A stretch of 64,000 nucleotides of DNA from Balamuthia mandrillaris (Eukaryota), in the NCBI GenBank assembly GCA_031835245.2, contig JAVKOQ020000017.1, forward strand, positions 186,001 to 250,000, in the 5' to 3' direction. A program made the position numbers and the translations under genes. The notes under the pieces were generated by a model. The model searched no databases, was not told where the DNA came from, and saw only the letters and a program-made list of their open reading frames with translations. Below are positions 12,165 through 25,484 of this stretch, one piece after another. Within the stretch, counting starts at the first letter, position 1. Each line of letters starts with the position of its first letter.

Positions 12165-14352
12165 ATGAGAGGAGTGTTTGCGGTCGGCCCTCCCTCGTTG
12201 GCGGCAGTGTCCACTTCGGCGCCGGCATGGAGGCCAACGACCTCGGGCCATCATGCTGTTGTTCTTGGGGGCGTCCGCTTCTTCCAACGCACAGCGACAA
12301 CAAGGCAACAGCTTTCACACTCCCGTTGCTTCACTTCCGCTGCTGTTGGATTCGACTTTGCCGGCAAGAAGAAGAAGAAGAAGAAGAAGAACCGAAGAAG
12401 CAAAGAAGAGGAAGAGGAGGAGGAGGAGGGGGAGGAAATCTTTCGTGTTCCGGATTCGTTCATTCAGAGGCATGGGCTGAGGGACAGCACTCACTTTGTT
12501 TCCGGTTGGAAGTTCCTCTCCAACTTTGAAAAGTATGAGGAGAAGAAGAAGAAAGAAGAAGCAAAGAAACAAAACAGACGAGACGTTGCTTCTTTTGAGG
12601 GTGACGAAGAAGAAGATGAAGAAGCCGAAGCAGAAGAACAAGAGGACGAGGTCGACGATAGCAGCAACCAACGGCGACCACTGGACAAAGAGAAGAGGAG
12701 AGAACGGAGAAGCAGAGCAAAAGAACATCTGCTTCTTCTCCCTTTTGATAAGGAGAAAGGCACGCTCACGTTGACGGTTGCTCGAGGCGGGGAGGAGAAG
12801 AAAGAGCGACTGCGGCTTGATGCTGTCCTCGTTTCAACCTTAAACCCAAGCCATGAGGACGAAGACGGAGAAGAAGAAGAAGAAGAAAAGGAAAAGAGGG
12901 AGATGAAGGGAGAAAAAGAAGCAGCAGCGGAAGAAGCAGATGGTGACAGAGGTAGAAGGAGCGTTAAAAGAAAGAAACTTGAGAAGAAGAAGCGAGGAAA
13001 ATACAAAGCAAATGAGGAAGAAGCTGAACAAGAAGAATCAGCGGAAGAAGAAGAAGAAGATCAACCGATGAGTATGAACGAACGAAGAAAGTATTACATG
13101 GACTTACTAATGGAAAAGCCAGCTAAGGTAAACACAGAAGAAGACGTAGAAGAGGAAAAAGAAGAAGATACAGAAGACAAACGATTGTTCTCCAGAACCA
13201 CCATTCAACGCAGCATTAAGGAAGGAAACGTGCGTGTGAACGGCGTTGTCGTGAAGAAAGCCAACTATAAACTGACCAAAGACGATGTTATCGTTTGGGA
13301 GCTGGACGAGCAGCAACGACTTTCTTTCGAAGATTTGCTTAACCATGAGGAGCAAAAGAGCCCCAACAACAAGAAAGAGAAGAGAATGCTACAAGAGGAG
13401 GAGGAGGCAAACATAGAAGAAGAAGAAATGAAGGTAATAGAAGAAGAAATGTTTGTGCAATTTGTCCCGGAAGATATCCCTTTGGCTGTTGTTCATGAAG
13501 ACGAAGACTTGGTGGTTATCAACAAAGCAGCCGGTATGCCCGTTCAGCCTTCTCCTGGTACTCTCTCTCTCTCTCTCTCTCTCGGTCTCTCTTCCTCCTT
13601 TCTCTTTATGCGGTTCGAATCGTTGCTCTCCTTTTCATATGATCTCATTCTCCACAGGCAAAACAAAGGGAACTCTCGTCAATGCTTTGCTTCATCACTA
13701 CGCTAGAGAAGGTCTTTCCACCGTGGATGGGCCGCTGCGACCGGGCATAGTTCATCGTCTGGACAAAGATACGAGTGGTTTGATGGTAATCGCCAAAACT
13801 AATGAAGCTCATCAGCACCTCAAACAACAGTTTCGTGATCGTTCTATCATGAAACGATACAAAGCTATAGTCGTTGGAAGGCCTTTAACTTCTGACGAAG
13901 GTGATGAAAACGAGACAACAGTCATTCGCAAACGGATAGAAAGGCATCCACGGCTCATTCAGAAGATGCAAGTGGTGAATGAGAAAGAAGCAGAAAGCGA
14001 ACGAGGCAAAGATGCCGTAACTGAATTCTCTGTGTTGGACAGCTGGCGGTGGTCGAACGTGTCTCTCTCGCTGCTCGACGTTCAGATTCACACAGGCAGA
14101 ATGCATCAGATACGAGTGCATCTCTCTTCTATCGGTCATCCTATCGTTGGCGATAAGCTCTACGCCAACAAGCAGAGCAAGAAAGTGGTCATGTCAACCC
14201 AAACAAAAGAACAAAAGCAACAGAGTCAGCTTCTTCTTGCTTCTACAGCTCTCTCAATGGTTCATCCGAGAACGGGACAGCGGATGAACTTCGAGATGCC
14301 TTTGCCGCCGCATATGAACGACTTTGTTCGTGCGACAAAGGCTTCTTCTTGA
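12165..14352 (+). CDS. RluA/RluD-family pseudouridine synthase with S4 domain, probable mitochondrial presequence and long acidic/basic inserts
   Basis: SRTTIQRSIKEGNVRVNG (S4), VINKAAGMPVQP, GIVHRLDKDTSGL (catalytic Asp), TGRMHQIRVH, HPIVGDKLY; one intron ~13558-13657. Confidence 0.92.
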
Positions 14353-14477
14353 GATGATGTTTTGAAGTTTGTTTTTGATAGATAGATTCATTCCATTCAA
14401 AATACACAAAAACATGATAGTAAGCGAAGAAGTAGAAGAAGCTGAAGATGAAAAGAGCGACGCTGGTGCTATAGGTT

Positions 14478-17400
14478 TTAAGGAGAGATGTACTTTTGCA
14501 CAATCTCGCGCAGCAGTTCTTTGCGTGTCCTTCGGAGAGCAAAGCAAAACTGCTGTGCGTTCATTGCCCTTTGCTCCGCGTTTATCACTTTTATTGTGTT
14601 GAGTTCATATGAGACACGAAAACACATCATAAACAAAGAAAAAAAAAGAGAACTTACGTTTGGCAAGAAGAAACTCACGAAAGTCTTTGCCTTTGCTGAA
14701 AAGGGGAGGGTAAGGCAAGTAAGGTTCGTTGGGTCGCACTCCTTGCTTGCAAGCGAAGGCCACCCTATAGCGATCTCCTTCTGGCTGCACCACACAAAAC
14801 ACATCTTTTCACGCAAAGAGTTAAATAATATCCAGAGAGAGAAGAAAGCAAACACACGTACGATTAAACTGAGACTTTATGACTTCAGGATTGAATGGTT
14901 CGTTGTTGTCGCTGTCTCGAAAGACCACCAACACGACGTCGTTGCCGAGATGCCTCTTCCTCTCCACTTGTTGGGCGTCCGCAGTGGTGAATGGAATGTA
15001 GGTCGACACGTGGAACATGACCTCAAAGCCGTTGTAATCGGTGTAGATGGAATGTGTGCCGGTGAGGTTGTCGGTTACGTTTAAGCCGGCTCTGAACCTG
15101 TTCCATCCTTTCAAAGTTATTCTCTCACCGATTACCTCTAAAAACTCCTCAAAGGCTTCACTTCCTTTCTCTAAATAGGTGTTGCAAACAAACTATCAGC
15201 AACAAAACAAATGGCAGCAAAAAAGAAGGAGAGAAGAAGAAGAAGAAGAAGAAGAAGAAGAAGAAGAAGAAGAAGAAGAAGAAGAAGAAGAAGAAGAAGA
15301 AGAAGAAGAAGAACGAGAACAAGAAGAATAGTGTTACCATTAGTATACATTTCGTTTTCGGTGGTTTGACCATGTTTAGCGTACAGCACACCGAACTTAT
15401 AGTGGTTGGTGAACATCCGCCGCTCGTAGAGCACCAAGTCCTCCGACAACGTTCGTCCATTGAACCTAAAGCCTCTACCACCTTGTTTACTACTACCTCC
15501 TCCATCTTCCATTCCATACAGCCCTCCTTCGCTATCAAAGCTACCATCACCAGTTGGCAAACTTCCGGTCGAAGAAGAGGAATGGCTAACTCCTCCTCCC
15601 GAGTTGTTACTATTACTGCTACTACTGCTGCTGCTTCCTCCACCCATAAAACTCGTTCCAGCGAAGCTGTTTGCCAGAGAAGTTCCCCAAGCTTTCCATC
15701 CTGAAGCCACCGAAGATGTTCCTCCTCCGCTGCTTCCGCTTGTGCCACCGCCTCCTCCACTATTACCGCCTCCGCCAGCATTACTGTTGCTCCCTCCATT
15801 GCTGTTGTTATTGTTGTTATAGTTTTGGCTGCTGCTGGTCGTCTCTTTGACCTCCACAAACTTAACGTCCATGAGCTGGGGGTCCGCCTGCCTCAAAGCC
15901 TGTAGTTTCGCTCGCTTCGAGTCGGAGGCCACCTTCAGCAGGAACCGTTGGTCCCCTTTGACCGTCCTCACGATGGCTCTGTACATCCAAGCCTTCTTCC
16001 TCTTGCCCGGGCGTCGCTTGCCTTTACTCTCGATGGTGATGATAATGGGTCGGTTGGGATCATCGTAGCTCACCCAATGGTCCAATTCCAGCCCGGCCTC
16101 ATGGAAGTAGTCCTTGAAGGGGAGCACCAGGGAGGGACCCTTGGGGATGAGGATCTCCTCATTGGAATGTTCACCGCCAAACTCTCGCATGTAGCCCAGC
16201 ACGTCTGCTATCAATACTGGATCGCCTTCTGTTATCTTTGTCTGCATTCGTGCCGTCAGTCAGTCAACAAAGCAAGAAGACCGCAGAAGGCAGCATGAAG
16301 AGGTATGAGGAATAGGAAAACAAGAACGAACCTCTGCCCATTTAGCGCGCATAAAGTCCTGAGAATTATCCCACTCGCTCCAGGCCTCGTCCTCGTCACT
16401 TTCATCATCGCTGCTGGAGCTGGAGCTCATGTCAGCCAAGCTGTCCTTGTTGTTGCTGGAGTTGTTGCTGGAGTTGAGACTGGCGCTGCTGCCAATGTTG
16501 ATGAGCTTGTTCTTCAACTTCCTGGTGGAGAGGGACTTGAACGTTATCTTGCCGCTTCGCTTCTTCGTAGTTGAGGCAGAAGAGGTGGAGCGCTCGTCAT
16601 CAGAGGAAACACCATCCAACGTCACGGCGCTGGCGGCACGTTGCTCCATGGTAGGAGTTGAGCTGCCGCTGTTGCTGTCGGCATTTGTTGGAGTGTTCAT
16701 GGTCATCATTGCTCCCACAACGTTACCCTCGCTGTCCTCCGCGTTGTAATTCTCATCGGGCGAGCCTTGCAGCTCGGTGAGACTGATCTTGGAGGTGCCC
16801 TTGCTGACCTTCTTCCACGAGTCGCCCAACAGCATGCTCAACCTCCTTCCTGCTCTCGAGGCCGGATCCTCCTGTTTTCCCTCTCCTCCACTGCCATCCC
16901 CTCCACCGCCAACAGCAACATCCGAAGAAGCCACCGAAGGAAGGGCACCTGCCTCATTGCCCTCCTCAGAAGCCTGATCCCCTTCAGGAGTGTCAGAGTT
17001 GGACCTCTTCTGCCTGGCTCCCTGTCCCGAGGGAATATCGGCCGTGCTGGCTGATATCTTGTCCGCTCGTCGGATGCGTGTGGTGTGGTGCTTGTTGAAG
17101 GAGCGGGAGCGCTTCATCTTGGAGGCATTGGACGCCAGGGAGGGGGTATGGGAGTTACCTCCTACTCCCCCTCCGGAGCTACCAGCTGCGCCCATCATTG
17201 ACAGCGGTTGAGCATTGTGACGATGAGAAGGTCGAGCAGAGTTGGGGCCGGAAGAAGGAGGGGACTTCTTCTTATCCGCTCCGGATGAAGGCGAGGTCCC
17301 TCCTTCTTTATCACTGTTGTTGATGTTGTTGTGAAGACCGCTCAAAGCCGGAAGGTGAAAGCTGGTGGTGGAACCAGAAGAGGGCAACGAGGAGGAAAGG

Positions 17401-18763
17401 CCGAGCGGTAGAGGAGGGGCGTCTCTGTTTGCGGTGATAATGTCGTCGGGGAAGGAGGTGCCGCCCCCTGGCCCGCTCTTCTTGGACTGCAGCTTAAAGT
17501 CTCGCGGGCAGTAGGGTTGCCCTTTGTGAACGTACACCGGCTCTCCTACATCGATAGGTTTCTGTTTTGTTGCAACAAGTGTGCAGAGAACATAGGGTGT
17601 GAGCAAAGAAAAGAAGGAAGAAAGAAAAAGAAGAAAGCATAAAGAAGAAGAAGGGCAGAACAACAAGCAACAAAATAGAGAAAAATATCAAGGCTGAAGA
17701 TCGGAAAAGAATGACGAGAGAGAGAGAGAGGGAGAGAGAGAGAGAGAGAGAGAAGAGAGGAGAGAGAATACAAACCTCACAAACAACGCAGCAAAAGTGG
17801 TTGGGGTGCCAGTTCTTGCCCATGGCGGAGACGCAGCTGCCATCCGAGATGACCTGGTCGCACTTGGCGCAGCGGGGCATGAACGCGTTGTTAAAGTCCT
17901 TCTCGCAGTAGGCCTTGCCATCCTTCTCGCAAAAGGGGGTGTTCGGGTTGAACGTGCACTTGCACACGCAACAGAAAAAGTGCTCCGCATGCCTTTTGGT
18001 TGAGAAAGAAAAAGTATATTACTATAACTAATATATAAAAAGAACTCAAAACGATAAACAAGGAGAGAAAGGTTTCCTTCTGTAAGGAGGAGAGGGCACG
18101 CACCAATATTTGCCGAGAGCAACGATCTTGTCTTTGGTGATGGGCTTATCGCAGTGCGCACACTTGTCGCAGGTCCTCTCGTTGTGGCAGTCCCTGCAGT
18201 AGGCCTTGTCCTCCAGCACAAAGTAGTCCGTCAGTCGCTTTTTACAACCGCCACACTTAAAATGCTCTGGATGAAACGTTTTGTTCATTGCCTTTGTTGG
18301 TTTATGTTTGGGAAAGACGGTTCAGCAATGGATAGAGAACATGCCATAGAAAGGCACTCTTAAACAAACCTCTAAACGCTCTTTTCGTATCTCTTTTTTA
18401 CAGTAGGCACAAACGGGGCGTTTCTTCCTGTCGTCCTCTTTGTTGCTGCTGCTGTACCCCCGCTTGTCTGCTGCTCCTCCCCTCGGACTGATCAACGACA
18501 TCCCCGAAGTGGAAGAAGTAGGAGAGGAGGAGGGCAGTTGCAGCGAGGTCTTCTCTCCCCTCTCACCTCTTTCTATTTTATCGGACCCTGAGTTGTGTGT
18601 CGTGCTGGCCCTTCTCCTGTTAGGCCTTAGGGTGGCAGCCTTGTCGGAGGACAACCTCCTCTCTCGGCGGAGAATAGAGCTTTTGCTGAGCTGGCCAGAC
18701 GGTGAAGATGGGCCAGCGCTGAGGTACCCTTCATCTTCGGTGTCGCTGTCCTTTTTGTCCATG
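14478..18763 (-). CDS. Protein with three N-terminal LIM domains and a C-terminal Rap-GAP domain
   Basis: Three CxxC..HxxxFxCxxC..YCxx(C/D) LIM repeats; RapGAP motifs YKFGVLY, GWNRFRAGL, EVMFHVST, RKRHLGNDVV, LINAEQRA. Start codon tentative (5' UTR intron likely). Confidence 0.88.
15234..15330. repeat. (AAG)n microsatellite in a RapGAP intron
   Basis: Direct tandem repeat. Confidence 0.95.
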
Positions 18764-19491
18764 TGTTCAAAGTGCTTCTGTTTTCTGAAACGAGAAAATG
18801 GTGGAGTCAAAGCGTAGTATCAGTGTATTTGTTTTTAAATAAAGGTTGAGAGTATAAGTCTTACCTAAGGGGTGCCTGAGCCAACCAAGAAATACTTTGC
18901 TGGTCTGCACTCGAAAGGAAAAAGAACACCAATGTTTCTCCCCCTTTTATACTCTTTCTGGGAAGCCGGAAGGAGGAACCGTCGGTCGCAGACTTTTTTT
19001 TTTTCAGTTGGCGTTGTCCCTTTATTTCAGTTGCCCGAAGGGACACCGCTCTCTTGTCCTCTCCCCTGTCTGTCGACACTGCAAAACAGTCGACGAAATG
19101 TTCTGCCAGCTCTCTCCTGTCCTCTCTCTATCTGTGGATCTTCGTTGTCGACAGATGTTTTTTCAGGACGACATGTCGCAAGATTGCAATGGAGATTTCG
19201 GTCGCCAAAAAATCGGCAAAAAAAGGGAACCGCGAAAAAAAGAAAAAAAGAAAGCAAAGCGCGCGTAGTCCACTACTCTTTTTCTTTCTGAAAGCCACGA
19301 GCCACACGCGCACCCGAGCCACGAACAGAGGGATCTCTCCTCTTCCTCACTGATTGGAGTTGGGTTTGTTTTCTTTCTTTTGCTTTGGCTGCTGCATGTT
19401 CTGTGTCTGATTGTGAGGTCTGATTTTCACTCTCAGTGATTTTTTTTTTGGGGGGATAGACGTCGAGACTATCGAAACTGTTTAACAAAAA

Positions 19492-22158
19492 ATGAGCGAA
19501 GAGGATGAAGGTTGGACCGTCGTCGACGTCAACAAGAAGAAAAGGGAGAAGCAGAGGCAAAACCAGTCCAAGAAGAAGGAGCTAAGAAAGCAGGTCAACG
19601 CCAGCAACAAAGCGCAACGCGAGGCCCTCATGATGAGCTCCTACTCGGGTTGGACCGATGAAGCTCCTCCTTCTGCTTCCAAAAAATCGGAGGACGAGGA
19701 AGAGGATGATGAGGACGGCTTCCAGTCAGAGCTCTCCAACGCCACCATGTTCTCTGCCTTCAACGACATGGAAGCCAGGAAAAAGGCCAGGGAGCAGAGG
19801 CTCAAGGAGGCCCGAGAGAGCCGCTGGGGGAGCAGACGCCAAAGCGCCCAAGAAGAAGAAGAAAAAGACCAAGAAGCCCTCTGTCGCTCAGCTAAGCAGT
19901 CAGGTCTCTCTCTCTCTCTCTCTCTCTTTCAGTGTGCCTCTCTTCTCTGTTCGCTTGCTGTTCTGCAGCTTTTCTCTTTCCTCCTCTTTTTTCACTGCTT
20001 TTTAAGAGTTCTCACTGAGTTTTATTGAGTAGGTGGAGACGGAGAAGCTTTCCAGCTTTCTTGCCGAACTCACGCAGCGTTATCCCAACCACGAAGACCA
20101 AAGATTGAAGGCCCTGGCCGAGTACTTTGATACCATGTTTGCAGGCACCACCCTGGGCACCGCCAAAGTCATGGAGGAGAAGACCTTTGCCCGTAGACTT
20201 GGTAAACACTTTTTATTAACTTCTTTCTCCCCTCTTTGTCTTTTGTTGATTTGTTTTTTTGTTCAGAGTTGCCGCTATCCTATTTGGAGCCAGAGTCCAT
20301 CACTATTCTGGCGCGTTGGCTGCGTACCTTCCAGGAAAAGGAACTCATCAACTTTGTGGTCCTCCTTCTCCAAGAGATCAACAAGGCCGAGAAGCGACAA
20401 AAGAACTCAGGGGTGGGCCTGAAGATGGTTCTTCAGATCATCCTTCGAAGGCTGCCTGCCATTCCTTCCGCGCTTCACGCCAGCACCCCTTTTCTCGGGA
20501 GCTTTTGCACCGAGACCCCTCTTTCCTATCAGGAGAAGGACAGGAAGATGAGAGAGGAGCGCAGAGAAGCAACAGCGCACTTGAAGTACATCAAGTTCCC
20601 CAATGACCAAACAAAGCTTCTGCGAGAGGCCGTTGTGCCGCTCATGGTTTGGGCTTTCGGTCAGACCATTGAAGACTCTCCTGCTATTGCTCTTGCACGT
20701 ACGTCCTTTTTCGGTTGTACTTCTCATTTCTTTCGCCTCTCTAATGAAAATGTTTACCCAGTGTGGTATCAATTCCTTGTTCCTCTGCTATGCGTTCCTA
20801 TTTCCAAGGCTACCCAGTCTCTTATTTACGATTACATCAACGAGCTTTTAAAGCGGTAAGTGTTTTTTTTTTTTGTTGCCGATATTAGTTTTGTGTTTTT
20901 CTGCTTCACTATCTTGCTTCTTCTTTTCGTTGGTGACTAACCTTCACTTGCATGTTAACCAGTGGCAATAACCTCAAGAAATGTAATTTAAATAAGACGG
21001 ATGAGGTTCACGCGTTGGAACAACTCACTCTTGTTAGAGGCTTTCTCACCCCCGAACAATAGTTTGTCTCTCTTGCTCCTTTCTCTTGCGCTTTCTCTCT
21101 TGCTGACATAAAATCTCTTTTCCTAGCGAGCAAGATCCTTTGTCTCGTGTGTATTCTTGGATAGAGGTACCATCCTTTGCATTTATTTTTTTTGTCACCT
21201 TTTTACTAATCGAAAGTTACTCTGGTCACAGAAAATTACATTGTGGAAGGACAAAGACTCTCCGCACCACTTTTTCCCCATGCTGCTAAAGCACGCCGGT
21301 CACCCTTCCAAAATTGTGCGAGAGGAGGTACTCTCCAGCTCTTAAGTTCCTTCTTTTCTCTCACCTCTTCAGTAACATATCACATTGATTTAGACACTAG
21401 AGAGACTAGTTAAGAGCCTTCACGTCGATCCACAATGTTACGACATTTGGAGGAAGGCCTACCCTCACGCCATCGCTCAGTCCAGCAATCTCGTCCTCTT
21501 CATCACCGAAAACCTCGACAGGGTGACCAACAAAAGCGAAGGCGAAGATGAACAAACTGGTGAGCTTCCTCCTCTCCGTTTGGACTTGCAAGCGCTTCAC
21601 GACCTCCTCGTCGAGTTCCTTGACATCAATGAACAAATTGAAGCGGGCACTTTCTCTCTCAAAGTTCGAGTAAAGAAAGGAACCAGAAAGACTAAAGTAA
21701 GAATTGCTTCTCTTGCTTCTCGCGTTTTCTTCTTTTGTTGAACTAACGGAACAATTTCATGAAAGTTATGGGCAGTAGATAAACGGGAGTTGGAAGTGTG
21801 CAAGATAACCTGTACCAAGCTTAAGCAAGCTCTTCCAGCAGTGGCCAAGCGTCTCCGCGTTCGTTTGAACAAGTTTGGCGCCGGAGGCAAGAACAGAAAC
21901 GCGGATGGAAGCAGCGGAGGCGGATGGTTCTTGTTCTTGATGATGTTGTTGGCTACGATTGCTCTCGTCGCTCTTCTGGCTGTCTATCAACATCAGCAAT
22001 GCATCGAGGCAGGGTTGTCGTCTTCCGGCTCCGAGTTTCAGGTGTGGTTGTGCGATGTGCTCGTCCCGTTCTTCTCTCCCCTTACCTCTGTTTCTTCTGT
22101 TCCTTCCGCTCCTTCTGCAAGTCTCCATCACCGGACTTCAACGATTGGATCTCGATAA
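19492..22158 (+). CDS. TMEM214-like (DUF2359) membrane protein, multi-exon
   Basis: GWTVV N-terminus, LKALAEYF, LPLSYL, LQIILRRLP, LMVWAFGQ, C-terminal Cys-X3-Cys then a TM helix; pattern recalls TMEM214. Confidence 0.65.
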
Positions 22159-22224
22159 ACGCTTTTGTTTTTTGGGTTGTTCTTTTACCATCATTCTACT
22201 TTGCTTGCTTCTTGCTTCTTTTTT

Positions 22225-23801
22225 TTAACGACGTAATCGCATGAAGAGAGCGTTGAGACAAGTTTCGGTGTCGTCGGGAGGATAGTACTGGGAGTAAAAA
22301 CCCACTATGAACTCCTCTGGCTTGAAACCAAACTTTTGGTAGAGTATCATCGCTTTGTTCGTTGCGGAGACGTGCAGCGTCACGTCTTTCGTTGGACAGG
22401 ACTGGGAGTTGTTTGTAAGAAAAGGGCAACGAAGAAGACAAGAAAGCAGTCGAACGAAGGAGGAAAGGCGCAAACCTGAATGAGATGATAGAGCATAAAA
22501 GTGGCGATGCCGCAGCGTCTCCATTCAGGATGCACGGCGATGTAGAGGATGTAGGCCTCTGGCGTCATGAAGGCACACCCAACCACCATTCGCTTGTACA
22601 GCGCCACTATGGTGTAGTCTGGATAGTTGGTGCATTCATCCACTGTTTGCGTTTTTTTGGTTATTTTTGTTGTTGTTTGTAAGCAGAAGTGAGCGGGAAA
22701 GAACTCACCTGAAATGCCAGGCCAGAAGCAATCGCGCAAGAGGCGATGAACAGCATCCATCATTGCCGGTGTCAGAAAGCATACATATGTATAATCTATT
22801 GGCACCGGCATTCTCCTTTCTTTCTTTCTTTCTTCATCCTCTTCGTCTTCTTCTGCTGAGTCCTCTTCCTCCTCTTCCTCACCTTCTTTTTCTTTCTCTG
22901 TTTCCTTTGCTTGCTCTTTTTTTGTCCGCCGTTCTCTTCGTCTTCTCCTCCATTCTTCCACGCTGGTCATCAACTCGCGAAGCAACGCCGGTCTCAGCGG
23001 GCGACTCTCATAGTCCCGACGAATGAAAGGAGGCAGCCGGCGCAGAGTGTAAGGGCTGACCATCGGCTTTTGCGCCAGCCGAGTGTTGAGAATGGAGTCC
23101 GGCAGTGCGGCTAGAGGGGAGGAGGCCGGCAGACGATAGCCCTCCAGTCTCTCTCGAAAGTAGACGGCATGGGGCGAACGGTCTTTTGGAATGCTTTCGT
23201 TTTGTTCTTGCTCGTCTTGATGTGTTTGTTGTTGCTGAAGAGAAGAAGATGATGATGAAGAAGAAGAAGAAGAAGCAAAGGAAGAAGGAGGAGGAAACTC
23301 GTAGGGAGAAGAAGGAGGAGAGGGCGTAGGAGGGGAAGGTGAGGGAGGGTCTCGAGGAAAGACACCAACCCTCTCCCCCTCTTGTTTGACGGCGTGGAAA
23401 GAGGAGGAAGAGGACAGAGGGTCGTCATAAGGACGTATCTTGAGAGGGAACGCGGCGGCATAGTGCTCCGGAAAGAAGGCGGCCAGTTGCTGGCCGACTC
23501 TGCGTTTGGCGCTCACCAGCCGTTTGGCAGAACGGTCCAAGTTGAACGGTGGAAGCCCTCTCTTTCGTTTTTTCTTTTTTGTTGCAAGCGAGCCAAAGTG
23601 AGTTCGATTGGATGCCACACACAAAAAAGAGTAGAGGCTTACTTGTCGCAAAGCGATCTTTGCTCGAAATTGTTGAAGCCGGCGACGGACCAGCTCTGCC
23701 TCTGGCAGCAAGCTGTGGCTGTTGCCTCCATCACCTCCCGCTCCTCCGACAGGCAGGGCCAGAGCGGCAGCTGCGCCTCGATGTGCTTGCGGTGGCTGCA
23801 T
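22225..23801 (-). CDS. KAT14: KAT14/CSRP2BP (ATAC2)-like GNAT acetyltransferase
   Basis: PFIRRDYESRP, FWPGI, YPDYTIVALYKRMVVGCAF, VHPEWRRCGIATFMLYHLIQ, DVTLHVSATNKAMILYQKFGFKPEEFIVGFY, terminal LRR. Confidence 0.88.
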
Positions 23802-23936
23802 CACTTCATCCCTCTCTTTTTATCAATATTGAAAACGAGTTCATTTGTGAACAAAACCTGCAAATGTTGTGGACAGTAACGCCAAAAAAAAATATGAAAT
23901 TTTTCCAAGAAAATTTTACTTGAAAAAAAAACCAAT

Positions 23937-24132
23937 ATGAGCGAGAAAGAGAGCGTTACCTGCCCTCCTGGTTGCTTGCCGGTCGGTTGCTTTGCGGTGG
24001 TGGTCGTGCGCAACGATGCCGGGCAGTTTTTGGTCGTGCAGGAAACCAGAAAGAACAAGTGCTTATGGTATCTTCCTGCGGGTAGGTTCCTTGCGTTCAG
24101 TTCTTTGTTCCATCGAGACGACCAGCTTACTT

Positions 24133-24168
<36 letters not shown>

Positions 24169-24686
24169 CCCTTATCAAGGAAGAGTCGAGTTCAAAGAGT
24201 CTTTTGAAGGAGGTTCGCGTTCCCATTTCTTTCTTGCTGCCATGCCCTTCTTATGTTGGTTTCTGACCTCAGCGACAACCAGCTGCCCTCAGAGAGACCA
24301 AAGAGGAGGCGGGGATCGACATAACGCTGGACGGCATCCTCCGCGTGGAGTTCTCCCCCGCCAAGTTCAACGGCAAAGGCGTCTTCTGCACCAAGCTGCG
24401 CGTCCTCTTCCTGGCCCATCACCACGCACCAGCACAACCCCTCAAGACAGAGCCGGACGAACACAGCATGCAGGCGCGGTGGGTGTCCTTGGAGGAGGCA
24501 CAGAAACTGCCTCTCAGGTCCAAGGAAGTGGTGCAGCTCTTCCAGTGGGTGCACGAGCAGGCTGCACGGGAAGCATTGGCGGTGCATCCGTTGAGCTTGT
24601 TGGCGCCTGAGGGCACTCCTTTCTCATCGCTTCCATCTTCAACTTCTTCTTCCTCTTCGTCTTCGTCTTCATCGTGGCAGAAGTGA
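23937..24686 (+). CDS. Nudix hydrolase (NUDT18-like)
   Basis: FLVVQE, WYLPAG|RVEFKESFE..AALRETKEEAG Nudix box assembled across two introns. Confidence 0.85.
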
Positions 24687-24763
24687 GAAACGAAAAAGAA
24701 GTGGAGCAGGCAGGTCTGTTGCTTGTGTAGTTTTGTACATTTCCATTCAAAAAAAAAACGTGT

Positions 24764-25284
24764 TCAAGAAGCATAAAAGGCCTGACGAAACGCGGCTTCT
24801 TTGTCCAAGGCTAACAGCATTTGGTGTTTCAAGTGCTCGCACTCCCGCTCCAGCTCTTCCTTCTGTCTGAGCTTGGCCTCCCACTCGGCTTTCTTGTTGG
24901 TGCTGATGGCCTCCTTGGAGGCACAGGGAAAGAAGACATTGGGTCCTTGCAGCGAGTACACCGCCTGATCCATTCAGCGGAGTGAGTATCATAAGAAGGA
25001 GCAGCACCACAGTGACGGTTAAGAAGAGAGAGTGAAGCATACTCTTCCAGCGGGCAGCGAGTTCAGCTCAGCATTCGTCACCTCCAAAACTTGCATCTTG
25101 CAATTTTACACAAAGTGAGCAAGTCCATCTTTCTAACGTTTGGGAAAAAGGACAACACCATGTTGCAACATACTTCTCTTTGTAATAGTTTCAGGAGGTG
25201 TTCCCGCTCCGCCAGCTGCAACCGTAACTCTTTGGATGATGTGGTCGTGGCTCCAGCGGTCTGTAGTTCTGCTTGCTGCTCCAT
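24764..25284 (-). CDS. Small beta-prefoldin-like coiled-coil protein (ASDURF-like), 3 exons
   Basis: Spliced ...LQRE|MQVLEVTNAELNSLPAGR|AVYSLQGPNVFF...: coiled coil, hairpin (ELxxL..R.VY...N.FF), coiled coil. Confidence 0.6.
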
Positions 25285-25484
25285 CTTTTCTTTACTACTC
25301 TTTTGAGCACCACTGCTGCACAAATAGTGCAGCTCCAAATGTAAAAAAATGTTAATCGATTCCAGGAAAAAGATCATAATCAGCTTTGATCAACTACCCC
25401 TCAAATGTAATTTTCTCTAATGTCGTCATGAAAATTTCCACCATTTTCTTTTTTTATTTCAGCGGAGAAAAACAGCAGAGAGAG

